Below the pieces are notes generated by a model. The model saw only the letters and a program-made list of their open reading frames with translations. It had not been told where the DNA came from and did not search any database. Shown here in pieces: positions 14,405-28,653 of a DNA stretch of 64,000 bases; positions within the stretch are counted from its first letter, which is position 1; each line of letters begins with the position of its first letter. Made by a program: the position numbers and the translations under genes. This DNA is from the human T2T-CHM13v2.0 reference genome, Homo sapiens: NCBI RefSeq assembly GCF_009914755.1, contig NC_060948.1; one strand, 5' to 3'.

Positions 14405-17400
14405 ATGGAATCAAATCAATGGAATCCAATCAAATGGAATGGAAAGGAATTGAATGGAGTAGATTGGATTGGATGGGATTGGAATGAAATGTACTGGAAA
14501 GGACTCGAATTTCATGAAACGGAATGGAATGAATTGGAACGGAATGGACTCGAATGCAATGGAATGTCATGGAATGGCATCAAATGGAATGGCATCAAAT
14601 GGAATGGAATCGAATGCAATGGAATGCTATGGAATGGAATGGAATGCATTGGAATGGAATGTCCTCTAATGGAATGGATTCGAGTGGAATGGAATCGAAT
14701 ATAATGGAGTCGAATGAAATGGAATTGAAAGGAATGGGATCGAATACAATGGAATATACTGGAATGTAATGTAATGAACTCGAATGTAATTGACTGGAAT
14801 GGAATGTACATGAATGGAATGTAATCGAATGGAAAGTAATCCAATGGAATAGAATCTAATGCAATAAAATCGACTCAGATAGAGTAGAATGTAATGGAAT
14901 GGAGTGCAGTGCAATGGAATGGAATGGAATGGAATGCAATGGAATGGAATGGAATGGAATGGAATGGAATGGAATGGAATGGGATGGGATGGAATGGTAT
15001 GGAATGGATAGTAATGGACTGGAGTGAAATGGACTGGAAAGGAATGGACTCAAATTGAAAGGGCTCGAAAGGAATGGAGTCAAATGGAATGGTCTGGAAT
15101 GGAATGAACACGAATGTAATGCAATCCAATAGAATGGAATCGAATGGCATGGAATATAAAGAAATGGAATCGGAGAGAATGGAAACAAATGGAATGGAAT
15201 TGAATGGAATGGAATTGAATGGAATGGGAACGAATGGAGTGAAATTGTATGCAGTAGAAGGGAATAGAATGGAATGCAAGCGAAAGGAAAGGAATGGATT
15301 GGAATGGAATGGAATTCATTGGAATGGAAGGGAATGTAGTGTAATGGACAGGCCTGGAATAAAGTGGAATGCTACGGTCTCGAATGGAATAAAAATGTAT
15401 GGAATGGAATGCAATGAAATGGAATCGAATGTCATAGAATGTAATGGAATGCAACAAAATGGAATCCAAAATCATTGACTGGAAAGGCTGGGTGTCGAAA
15501 GGAATTGACTCCAATGGAATGGAATCGAATGGAATGGAAGTGAATAGAATCGAACTAAATCGAATGGAATGGAATTGATAGGAACGGAATGGAAAGGAAT
15601 GCAATGATTTGGCATGGAATGGAATCGAATGGCATCGAATGGAATGGAATGGAATGCAATGGAATGGAATGTATTAGAATGTAATGAACTTTAATGGAAT
15701 GTACTCGAATGGATTCGACTGGAATGGAATGTTGTGGAAGTGAATGGACTCCAATGGAATGGATTCAAAAGGAATGGAATTGTACGGAATGGAATCTAAT
15801 GGAATGGAATTAAATGGAAATGAATCAAATTGAATAGCACGGAATTGAATTGAATGGAATGGAATGCAATGGAATCTAATGAAACGGAAAGGAAAGGAAT
15901 GGAATGGAATGGAATGGGCTGGAATGGAAAGGAATCGAAACGAATGGAATGGAATCGAACTGAAGAGACTGGAATGGACTGCACTGGAATGGAAGGGAGT
16001 GTAATGGAAGGTTCTCGAAAAAAATGGAATCGAATGGAATGGAATTGAATGGAACGGAATAGAGTCGAATGGAATTGAATGGAATGGAATGGACTAGAGT
16101 GAAATGGAATCGAACCACAAGGAATGGACATGAATAGAATGGTCTCGAATTGAATGGAATCGTATGGAATGGCATCAAACGGAATGGAATGGACAGCCAC
16201 GGAATGGAATGCACTCGAATGCAATGGAGTCGAAACTAATGGACTGGAATAGAATGGACTCGACTGGTACGGACTCCAATGGAATGGAATCGAATGGAAG
16301 GGAATCGAACGGAATGGACTCGAAGGGAAAAGACTGCAATGGAAAGGTCTCGAATGGAATGGAAATAAATGGAATGGAATGGAATCGAATGAAATGGAGT
16401 CAAAAGGAATGGAATCGAATGGCAAGAAATCGAATGTAATGGAATCGCAAGGAATTGATGTGAACGGAACGGAATGGAATGGAATCCAAAGGAATGGAAT
16501 AGAATGGAATGGAATCGAATGGAAAGGACTCGAATGGAAATCACTCGAATAGAATGCAATTTAATAAAATAGGACCAAATGTAATGGAATGGAATGGAAA
16601 GGAATCGAAACGAAAGGAATGGAGACAGATGGAATGGAATGGAACAGAGAGCAATGGTATAGAATGGAATGGAATCATCTGGAATGGAATTGAATGGAAT
16701 GGAATAATATGAAATGGAATGGAATGGAATGGAATGGAATGCCCTTGAATTAAATGGACTGGAATGGAATGGACTCGAACAGAGTGGAATGGAAAGTGTT
16801 GAGATAGAATGGAATGGACTCGTTTGGAATGGTCTAGTATGCAATGCAATCGACTGGCAGGGTATCAAAAGGAATGTAATGGAATGGATTGGACTGGAAT
16901 GCAATGGACTCGAATAGATTGCAAACGGAATGCAAAGGAATGGAATGGAATAGTATGGAATGGAATGGAAAGGAATGGAGTGGAATAGACTAGAGTGGAA
17001 TGGAATGGACTGGAAAGAAATGGACTGGAATGGAACTTTCTTGGATGGACTGGAATCAAACGGAATGGAATGCAATGCAATCAAATGGCATGGAATAAAA
17101 TAGAATGAAAGAGAATCAAATGGAATTGAATCGAATGGAATCGAATGGATTGGAAAGGAATAGAATGGAATGGAATGGAATTGACTCAAATGGAATGGAC
17201 CAGAATGGAATGGATTCGAATGGAAGGCAAAGGAATGGAATCTATTGGAATGGACTGTAATGGAATGGAATGGAAGGGATTGGAATGGACTCGAATGGAA
17301 TGGACTGCAATAGAAAGGATTCGAATGGAATGAAAAAGAATTGAATGGAATAGAACAGAATGGAATCAAATCGAATGAAATGGAATGGAATAGAAAGGAA

Positions 17401-17973
17401 TGGAATGAAATGGAATGGAAAGGATTCGAATGGAATGCAATCGAATGGAATGGAATCGAACGGAATGGAATAAAATGGAAGAAAACTGGCAAGAAATGGA
17501 ATCGAAATGAATGGAGTGTTATAGAACGGACTCAAAAGGAATTGAATGTAATAGAATGGAGTGGAGTGGACTCGAATATAATGGACTGGAATGGAATGAA
17601 ATCACATGGAATGGGAACGAATGGAATGGAATGGAAAGGAATGGAATTGAATGGAAAGGAATCGAATGGAAGGGAATGAAATTGAATCAACAGGAATGGA
17701 AGGGAATAGAATAGACGGTAATGGAATGGACTCGAATTGAATGGACACGAATGCTCAAATTGAATGGACTCGAATGGAATGGAAACGAAAGGAATGTCAT
17801 CGAATGGAATTGAATCGATTGGAATGAAATCGCATAGAATGGAGTGGAATCAAATGGAATTGAATCGAAAGGAAAGGAAGCGAATGGACTGAAATGAAAT
17901 GGAATGGAATTGAATGGAAAGTAATGCAATGGAATAGAATGGAACGAAATTTCACGGAATGGAATCAAACTGA
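14405..17973 (+). repeat. DYZ1 unit 5, B-type, 3569 bp
   Basis: GGCC at 15351; one extra GGAAT in the run at 14941-14980. Confidence 0.9.
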
Positions 17974-20900
17974 ATGGAATCAAATCAATGGAATCTAATC
18001 AAATGGAATGGAAAGGAATTGAATGGAGTAGATTGGATTGGATGGGATTGGAATGAAATGTACTGGAAAGGACTCGAATTTCATGAAACGGAATGGAATG
18101 AATTGGAACGGAATGGACTCGAATGGAATGGAATGTCATGGAATGGCATCAAATGGAATGGCATCAAATGGAATGGAATCGAATGCAATGTAATGCTATG
18201 GAATGAAATGGAATGCATTGGAATGGAATGTCCTGTAATGGAATGGATTCGAGTGGAATGGAATCGAATATAATGGAGTCGAATGAAATGGAATTGAAAG
18301 GAATGGGATCGAATACAATGGAATATACTGGAATGTAATGTAATGAACTCGAATGTAATTGACTGGAATGGAATGTACATGAATGGAATGTAATCGAATG
18401 GAAAGTAATCCAATGGAATAGAATCTAATGCAATAAAATCGACTCAGATAGAGTAGAATGTAATGGAATGGAGTGCAGTGCAATGGAATGGAATGGAATG
18501 GAATGCAATGGAATGGAATGGAATGGAATGGAATGGAATTTAATGGAATGGGATGGAATGGTATGGAATGGATAGTAATGGACTGGAGTGAAATGGACTG
18601 GAAAGGAATGGACTCAAATTGAAAGGGCTCGAAAGGAATGGAGTCAAATGGAATGGTCTGGAATGGAATGAACACGAATGTAATGCAATCCAATAGAATG
18701 GTATCGAATGGCATGGAATATAAAGAAATGGAATCGAAGAGAATGGAAACAAATGGAATGGAATTGAATGGAATGGGAACGAATGGAGTGAAATTGTATG
18801 CAGTAGAAGGTAATAGAATGGAATGCAAGCGAAAGGAAAGGAATGGATTGGAATGGAATGGAATTCATTGGAATGGAAGGGAATGTAGTGTAATGGACAG
18901 GTCTGGAATAAAGTGGAATGCTACGGTCTCAATGGAATAAAAATGTATGGAATGGAATGCAATGAAACGGAATCGAATGTCATAGAATGTAATGGAATGC
19001 AAAAAAATGGAATCCAAAATCATTGACTGGAAAGGCTGGGTGTCGAAAGGAATTGACTCCAATGGAATGGAATCGAATGGAATGGAAGTGAATAGAATCG
19101 AACTAAATCGAATGGAATGGAATTGATAGGAACGGAATGGAAAGGAATGCAATGATTTGGCATGGAATGGAATCGAATGGCATCGAATGGAATGGAATGG
19201 AATGCAATGGAATGGAATGTATTAGAATGTAATGAACTTTAATGGAATGTACTCGAATGGATTCGACTGGAATGGAATGTTCTGGAAGTGAATGGACTCC
19301 AATGGAATGGATTCCAAAGGAATGGAATCGTACGGAATGGAATCTAATGGAATGGAATTAAATGGAAATGAATCAAATTGAATAGCACGGAATTGAATTG
19401 AATGGAATGGAATGCAATGGAATCTAATGAAACGGAAAGGAAAGGAATGGAATGGAATGGAATGGGCTGGAATGGAAAGGAATCGAAACGAATGGAATGG
19501 AATCGAACTGAAGAGACTGGAATGGAATGCACTGGAATGGAAGGGAGTGTAATGGAAGGTTCTCGAAAAAAATGGAATCGAATGGAATGGAATTGAATGG
19601 AACGGAATAGAGTCGAATGGAATTGAATGGAATGGAATGGACTAGAGTGAAATGGAATCGAACCACAAGGAATGGAGAGGAATAGAATGGTCTCGAATTG
19701 AATGGAATCGTATGGAATGGCATCAAACGGAATGGAATGGACAGCCACGGAATGGAATGCACTCGAATGCAATGGAGTCGAAACTAATGGACTGGAATAG
19801 GATGGACTCGACTGGTACGGACTCCAATGGAATGGAATCGAATGGAAGGGAATCGAACGGAATGGACTCGAAGGGAAAAGACTGCAATGGAAAGGTCTCG
19901 AATGGAATGGAAATTAATGGAATGGAATGGAATCGAATGAAATGGAGTCAAAAGGAATGGAATCGAATGGCAACAAATCGAATGTAATGGAATCGCAAGG
20001 AATTGATGTGAACGGAACGGAATGGAATGGAATCCAAAGGAATGGAATAGAATGGAATGGAATCGAATGGAAAGGACTCGAATGGAAATCACTCGAATAG
20101 AATGCAATTTAATAAAATAGGATCAAATGTAATGGAATGGAATGGAAAGGAATCGAAACGAAAGGAATGGAGACAGATGGAATGGAATGGAACAGAGAGC
20201 AATGGTATAGAATGGAATGGAATCATCTGGAATGGAATTGAATGGAATGGAATAATATGAAATGGAATGGAATGGAATGGAATGGAATGCCCTTGAATTA
20301 AATGGACTGGAATGGAATGGACTCGAACAGAGTGGAATGGAAAGTGTTGAGATAGAATGGAATGGACTCCTTTGGAATGGTGTAGTATGCAATGCAATCG
20401 ACTGGCAGGGAATCAAAAGGAATGTAATGGAATGGACTGGACTGGAATGCAATGGACTCGAATAGATTGGAAACGGAATGCAAAGGAATGGAATGGAATA
20501 GTATGGAATGGAATGGAAAGGAATGGAGTGGAATAGACTAGAGTGGAATGGAATGGACTGGAAAGCAATGGACTGGAATGGAACTTTCTTGAATGGACTA
20601 GAATCAAACGGAATGGAATGCAATGCAATCAAATGGCATGGAATAAAATAGAATGAAAGAGAATCAAATGGAATTGAATCGAATGGAATCGAATGGATTG
20701 GAAAGGAATAGAATGGAATGGAATGGAATTGACTCAAATGGAATGGACTAGAATGGAATGGATTCGAATGGAAGGCAAAGGAATGGAATCTATTGGAATG
20801 GACTGTAATGGAATGGAATGGAAGGGATTGGAATGGACTCGAATGGAATGGACTGCAATAGAAAGGATTCGAATGGAATGAAAAAGAATTGAATGGAATA

Positions 20901-21521
20901 GAACAGAATGGAATCAAATCGAATGAAATGGAATGGAATAGAAAGGAATGGAATGAAATGGAATGGAAAGGATTCGAATGGAATGCAATCGAATGGAATG
21001 GAATCGAACGGAATGGAATAAAATGGAAGAAAACTGGCAAGAAATGGAATCGAAATGAATGGAGTGTTATGGAACGGACTCAAAAGGAATTGAATGTAAT
21101 AGAATGGAGTGGAGTGGACTCGAATATAATGGACTGGAATGGAATGAAATCACATGGAATGGGAACGAATGGAATGGAATGGAAAGGAATGGAATCGAAT
21201 GGAAAGGAATCGAATGGAAGGGAATGAAATTGAATCAACAGGAATGGAAGGGAATAGAATAGACGGTAATGGAATGGACTCGAATAGAATGGACACGAAT
21301 GCTCAAATTGAATGGACTCGAATGGAATGGAAACGAAAGGAACGTCATCGAATGGAATTGAATCGATTGGAATGAAATCGCATAGAATGGAGTGGAATCA
21401 AATGGAATTGAATCGAAAGGAAAGGAAGCGAATGGACTGAAATGAAATGGAATGGAATTGAATGGAAAGTAATGCAATGGAATAGAATGGAACGAAATTT
21501 CACGGAATGGAATCAAACTGA
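17974..21521 (+). repeat. DYZ1 unit 6, A-type with 15-bp deletion, 3548 bp
   Basis: TCCTGTAATG allele, 15-bp deletion near 18760, GGAATAGGATGG near 19800. Confidence 0.9.
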
Positions 21522-24500
21522 ATGGAATCAAATCAATGGAATCCAATCAAATGGAATGGAAAGGAATTGAATGGAGTAGATTGGATTGGATGGGATTGGA
21601 ATGAAATGTACTGGAAAGGACTCGAATTTCATGAAACGGAATGGAATGAATTGGAACGGAATGGACTCGAATGCAATGGAATGTCATGGAATGGCATCAA
21701 ATGGAATGGCATCAAATGGAATGGAATCGAATGCAATGGAATGCTATGGAATGGAATGGAATGCATTGGAATGGAATGTCCTCTAATGGAATGGATTCGA
21801 GTGGAATGGAATCGAATATAATGGAGTCGAATGAAATGGAATTGAAAGGAATGGGATCGAATACAATGGAATATACTGGAATGTAATGTAATGAACTCGA
21901 ATGTAATTGACTGGAATGGAATGTACATGAATGGAATGTAATCGAATGGAAAGTAATCCAATGGAATAGAATCTAATGCAATAAAATCGACTCAGATAGA
22001 GTAGAATGTAATGGAATGGAGTGCAGTGCAATGGAATGGAATGGAATGGAATGCAATGGAATGGAATGGAATGGAATGGAATGGAATGGAATGGAATGGG
22101 ATGGGATGGAATGGTATGGAATGGATAGTAATGGACTGGAGTGAAATGGACTGGAAAGGAATGGACTCAAATTGAAAGGGCTCGAAAGGAATGGAGTCAA
22201 ATGGAATGGTCTGGAATGGAATGAACACGAATGTAATGCAATCCAATAGAATGGAATCGAATGGCATGGAATATAAAGAAATGGAATCGGAGAGAATGGA
22301 AACAAATGGAATGGAATTGAATGGAATGGAATTGAATGGAATGGGAACGAATGGAGTGAAATTGTATGCAGTAGAAGGGAATAGAATGGAATGCAAGCGA
22401 AAGGAAAGGAATGGATTGGAATGGAATGGAATTCATTGGAATGGAAGGGAATGTAGTGTAATGGACAGGCCTGGAATAAAGTGGAATGCTACGGTCTCGA
22501 ATGGAATAAAAATGTATGGAATGGAATGCAATGAAATGGAATCGAATGTCATAGAATGTAATGGAATGCAACAAAATGGAATCCAAAATCATTGACTGGA
22601 AAGGCTGGGTGTCGAAAGGAATTGACTCCAATGGAATGGAATCGAATGGAATGGAAGTGAATAGAATCGAACTAAATCGAATGGAATGGAATTGATAGGA
22701 ACGGAATGGAAAGGAATGCAATGATTTGGCATGGAATGGAATCGAATGGCATCGAATGGAATGGAATGGAATGCAATGGAATGGAATGTATTAGAATGTA
22801 ATGAACTTTAATGGAATGTACTCGAATGGATTCGACTGGAATGGAATGTTGTGGAAGTGAATGGACTCCAATGGAATGGATTCAAAAGGAATGGAATTGT
22901 ACGGAATGGAATCTAATGGAATGGAATTAAATGGAAATGAATCAAATTGAATAGCACGGAATTGAATTGAATGGAATGGAATGCAATGGAATCTAATGAA
23001 ACGGAAAGGAAAGGAATGGAATGGAATGGAATGGGCTGGAATGGAAAGGAATCGAAACGAATGGAATGGAATCGAACTGAAGAGACTGGAATGGACTGCA
23101 CTGGAATGGAAGGGAGTGTAATGGAAGGTTCTCGAAAAAAATGGAATCGAATGGAATGGAATTGAATGGAACGGAATAGAGTCGAATGGAATTGAATGGA
23201 ATGGAATGGACTAGAGTGAAATGGAATCGAACCACAAGGAATGGACATGAATAGAATGGTCTCGAATTGAATGGAATCGTATGGAATGGCATCAAACGGA
23301 ATGGAATGGACAGCCACGGAATGGAATGCACTCGAATGCAATGGAGTCGAAACTAATGGACTGGAATAGAATGGACTCGACTGGTACGGACTCCAATGGA
23401 ATGGAATGGAATGGAAGGGAATCGAACGGAATGGACTCGAAGGGAAAAGACTGCAATGGAAAGGTCTCGAATGGAATGGAAATAAATGGAATGGAATGGA
23501 ATCGAATGAAATGGAGTCAAAAGGAATGGAATCGAATGGCAAGAAATCGAATGTAATGGAATCGCAAGGAATTGATGTGAACGGAACGGAATGGAATGGA
23601 ATCCAAAGGAATGGAATAGAATGGAATGGAATCGAATGGAAAGGACTCGAATGGAAATCACTCGAATAGAATGCAATTTAATAAAATAGGACCAAATGTA
23701 ATGGAATGGAGTGGAAAGGAATCGAAACGAAAGGAATGGAGACAGATGGAATGGAATGGAACAGAGAGCAATGGTATAGAATGGAATGGAATCATCTGGA
23801 ATGGAATTGAATGGAATGGAATAATATGAAATGGAATGGAATGGAATGGAATGGAATGCCCTTGAATTAAATGGACTGGAATGGAATGGACTCGAACAGA
23901 GTGGAATGGAAAGTGTTGAGATAGAATGGAATGGACTCGTTTGGAATGGTCTAGTATGCAATGCAATCGACTGGCAGGGTATCAAAAGGAATGTAATGGA
24001 ATGGATTGGACTGGAATGCAATGGACTCGAATAGATTGCAAACGGAATGCAAAGGAATGGAATGGAATAGTATGGAATGGAATGGAAAGGAATGGAGTGG
24101 AATAGACTAGAGTGGAATGGAATGGACTGGAAAGAAATGGACTGGAATGGAACTTTCTTGGATGGACTGGAATCAAACGGAATGGAATGCAATGCAATCA
24201 AATGGCATGGAATAAAATAGAATGAAAGAGAATCAAATGGAATTGAATCGAATGGAATCGAATGGATTGGAAAGGAATAGAATGGAATGGAATGGAATTG
24301 ACTCAAATGGAATGGACCAGAATGGAATGGATTCGAATGGAAGGCAAAGGAATGGAATCTATTGGAATGGACTGTAATGGAATGGAATGGAAGGGATTGG
24401 AATGGACTCGAATGGAATGGACTGCAATAGAAAGGATTCGAATGGAATGAAAAAGAATTGAATGGAATAGAACAGAATGGAATCAAATCGAATGAAATGG

Positions 24501-25090
24501 AATGGAATAGAAAGGAATGGAATGAAATGGAATGGAAAGGATTCGAATGGAATGCAATCGAATGGAATGGAATCGAACGGAATGGAATAAAATGGAAGAA
24601 AACTGGCAAGAAATGGAATCGAAATGAATGGAGTGTTATAGAACGGACTCAAAAGGAATTGAATGTAATAGAATGGAGTGGAGTGGACTCGAATATAATG
24701 GACTGGAATGGAATGAAATCACATGGAATGGGAACGAATGGAATGGAATGGAAAGGAATGGAATTGAATGGAAAGGAATCGAATGGAAGGGAATGAAATT
24801 GAATCAACAGGAATGGAAGGGAATAGAATAGACGGTAATGGAATGGACTCGAATTGAATGGACACGAATGCTCAAATTGAATGGACTCGAATGGAATGGA
24901 AACGAAAGGAATGTCATCGAATGGAATTGAATCGATTGGAATGAAATCGCATAGAATGGAGTGGAATCAAATGGAATTGAATCGAAAGGAAAGGAAGCGA
25001 ATGGACTGAAATGAAATGGAATGGAATTGAATGGAAAGTAATGCAATGGAATAGAATGGAACGAAATTTCACGGAATGGAATCAAACTGA
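21522..25090 (+). repeat. DYZ1 unit 7, B-type, 3569 bp
   Basis: GGCC at 22468; GGAGTGGAAAGG allele shared with units 3 and 11. Confidence 0.9.
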
Positions 25091-28000
25091 ATGGAATCAA
25101 ATCAATGGAATCTAATCAAATGGAATGGAAAGGAATTGAATGGAGTAGATTGGATTGGATGGGATTGGAATGAAATGTACTGGAAAGGACTCGAATTTCA
25201 TGAAACGGAATGGAATGAATTGGAACGGAATGGACTCGAATGGAATGGAATGTCATGGAATGGCATCAAATGGAATGGCATCAAATGGAATGGAATCGAA
25301 TGCAATGTAATGCTATGGAATGAAATGGAATGCATTGGAATGGAATGTCCTCTAATGGAATGGATTCGAGTGGAATGGAATCGAATATAATGGAGTCGAA
25401 TGAAATGGAATTGAAAGGAATGGGATCGAATACAATGGAATATACTGGAATGTAATGTAATGAACTCGAATGTAATTGACTGGAATGGAATGTACATGAA
25501 TGGAATGTAATCGAATGGAAAGTAATCCAATGGAATAGAATCTAATGCAATAAAATCGACTCAAATAGAGTAGAATGTAATGGAATGGAGTGCAGTGCAA
25601 TGGAATGGAATGGAATGGAATGCAATGGAATGGAATGGAATGGAATGGAATGGAATTTAATGGAATGGGATGGAATGGTATTGAATGGATAGTAATGGAC
25701 TGGAGTGAAATGGACTGGAAAGGAATGGACTCAAATTGAAAGGGCTCGAAAGGAATGGAGTCAAATGGAATGGTCTGGAATGGAATGAACACGAATGTAA
25801 TGCAATCCAATAGAATGGTATCGAATGGCATGGAATATAAAGAAATGGAATCGAAGAGAATGGAAACAAATGGAATGGAATTGAATGGAATGGAATTGAA
25901 TGGAATGGGAACGAATGGAGTGAAATTGTATGCAGTAGAAGGTAATAGAATGGAATGCAAGCGAAAGGAAAGGAATGGATTGGAATGGAATGGAATTCAT
26001 TGGAATGGAAGGGAATGTAGTGTAATGGACAGGTCTGGAATAAAGTGGAATGCTACGGTCTCAATGGAATAAAAATGTATGGAATGGAATGCAATGAAAC
26101 GGAATCGAATGTCATAGAATGTAATGGAATGCAAAAAAATGGAATCCAAAATCATTGACTGGAAAGGCTGGGTGTCGAAAGGAATTGACTCCAATGGAAT
26201 GGAATCGAATGGAATGGAAGTGAATAGAATCGAACTAAATCGAATGGAATGGAATTGATAGGAACGGAATGGAAAGGAATGCAATGATTTGGCATGGAAT
26301 GGAATCGAATGGCATCGAATGGAATGGAATGGAATGCAATGGAATGGAATGTATTAGAATGTAATGAACTTTAATGGAATGTACTCGAATGGATTCGACT
26401 GGAATGGAATGTTCTGGAAGTGAATGGACTCCAATGGAATGGATTCCAAAGGAATGGAATCGTACGGAATGGAATCTAATGGAATGGAATTAAATGGAAA
26501 TGAATCAAATTGAATAGCACGGAATTGAATTGAATGGAATGGAATGCAATGGAATCTAATGAAACGGAAAGGAAAGGAATGGAATGGAATGGAATGGGCT
26601 GGAATGGAAAGGAATCGAAACGAATGGAATGGAATCGAACTGAAGAGACTGGAATGGAATGCACTGGAATGGAAGGGAGTGTAATGGAAGGTTCTCGAAA
26701 AAAATCGAATCGAATGGAATGGAATTGAATGGAACGGAATAGAGTCGAATGGAATTGAATGGAATGGAATGGACTAGAGTGAAATGGAATCGAACCACAA
26801 GGAATGGAGAGGAATAGAATGGTCTCGAATTGAATGGAATCATATGGAATGGCATCAAACGGAATGGAATGGACAGCCACGGAATGGAATGCACTCGAAT
26901 GCAATGGAGTCGAAACTAATGGACTGGAATAGAATGGACTCGACTGGTACGGACTCCAATGGAATGGAATCGAATGGAAGGGAATCGAACGGAATGGACT
27001 CGAAGGGAAAAGACTGCAATGGGAAGGTCTCGAATGGAATGGAAATTAATGGAATGGAATGGAATCGAATGAAATGGAGTCAAAAGGAATGGAATCGAAT
27101 GGCAAGAAATCGAATGTAATGGAATCGCAAGGAATTGATGTGAACGGAACGGAATGGAATGGAATCCAAAGGAATGGAATAGAATGGAATGGAATCGAAT
27201 GGAAAGGACTCGAATGGAAATCACTCGAATAGAATGCAATTTAATAAAATAGGATCAAATGTAATGGAATGGAATGGAAAGGAATCGAAACGAAAGGAAT
27301 GGAGACAGATGGAATGGAATGGAACAGAGAGCAATGGTATAGAATGGAATGGAATCATCTGGAATGGAATTGAATGGAATGGAATAATATGAAATGGAAT
27401 GGAATGGAATGGAATGGAATGCCCTTGAATTAAATGGACTGGAATGGAATGGACTCGAACAGAGTGGAATGGAAAGTGTTGAGATAGAATGGAATGGACT
27501 CCTTTGGAATGGTGTAGTATGCAATGCAATCGACTGGCAGGGAATCAAAAGGAATGTAATGGAATGGACTGGACTGGAATGCAATGGACTCGAATAGATT
27601 GGAAACGGAATGCAAAGGAATGGAATGGAATAGTATGGAATGGAATGGAAAGGAATGGAGTGGAATAGACTAGAGTGGAATGGAATGGACTGGAAAGCAA
27701 TGGACTGGAATGGAACTTTCTTGAATGGACTAGAATCAAACGGAATGGAATGCAATGCAATCAAATGGCATGGAATAAAATAGAATGAAAGAGAATCAAA
27801 TGGAATTGAATCGAATGGAATCGAATGGATTGGAAAGGAATAGAATGGAATGGAATGGAATTGACTCAAATGGAATGGACTAGAATGGAATGGATTCGAA
27901 TGGAAGGCAAAGGAATGGAATCTATTGGAATGGACTGTAATGGAATGGAATGGAAGGGATTGGAATGGACTCGAATGGAATGGACTGCAATAGAAAGGAT

Positions 28001-28653
28001 TCGAATGGAATGAAAAAGAATTGAATGGAATAGAACAGAATGGAATCAAATCGAATGAAATGGAATGGAATAGAAAGGAATGGAATGAAATGGAATGGAA
28101 AGGATTCGAATGGAATGCAATCGAATGGAATGGAATCGAACGGAATGGAATAAAATGGAAGAAAACTGGCAAGAAATGGAATCGAAATGAATGGAGTGTT
28201 ATGGAACGGACTCAAAAGGAATTGAATGTAATAGAATGGAGTGGAGTGGACTCGAATATAATGGACTGGAATGGAATGAAATCACATGGAATGGGAACGA
28301 ATGGAATGGAATGGAAAGGAATGGAATCGAATGGAAAGGAATCGAATGGAAGGGAATGAAATTGAATCAACAGGAATGGAAGGGAATAGAATAGACGGTA
28401 ATGGAATGGACTCGAATAGAATGGACACGAATGCTCAAATTGAATGGACTCGAATGGAATGGAAACGAAAGGAACGTCATCGAATGGAATTGAATCGATT
28501 GGAATGAAATCGCATAGAATGGAGTGGAATCAAATGGAATTGAATCGAAAGGAAAGGAAGCGAATGGACTGAAATGAAATGGAATGGAATTGAATGGAAA
28601 GTAATGCAATGGAATAGAATGGAACGAAATTTCACGGAATGGAATCAAACTGA
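25091..28653 (+). repeat. DYZ1 unit 8, A-type (NdeI subtype), 3563 bp
   Basis: CATATG at 26841; same private alleles as unit 4. Confidence 0.9.
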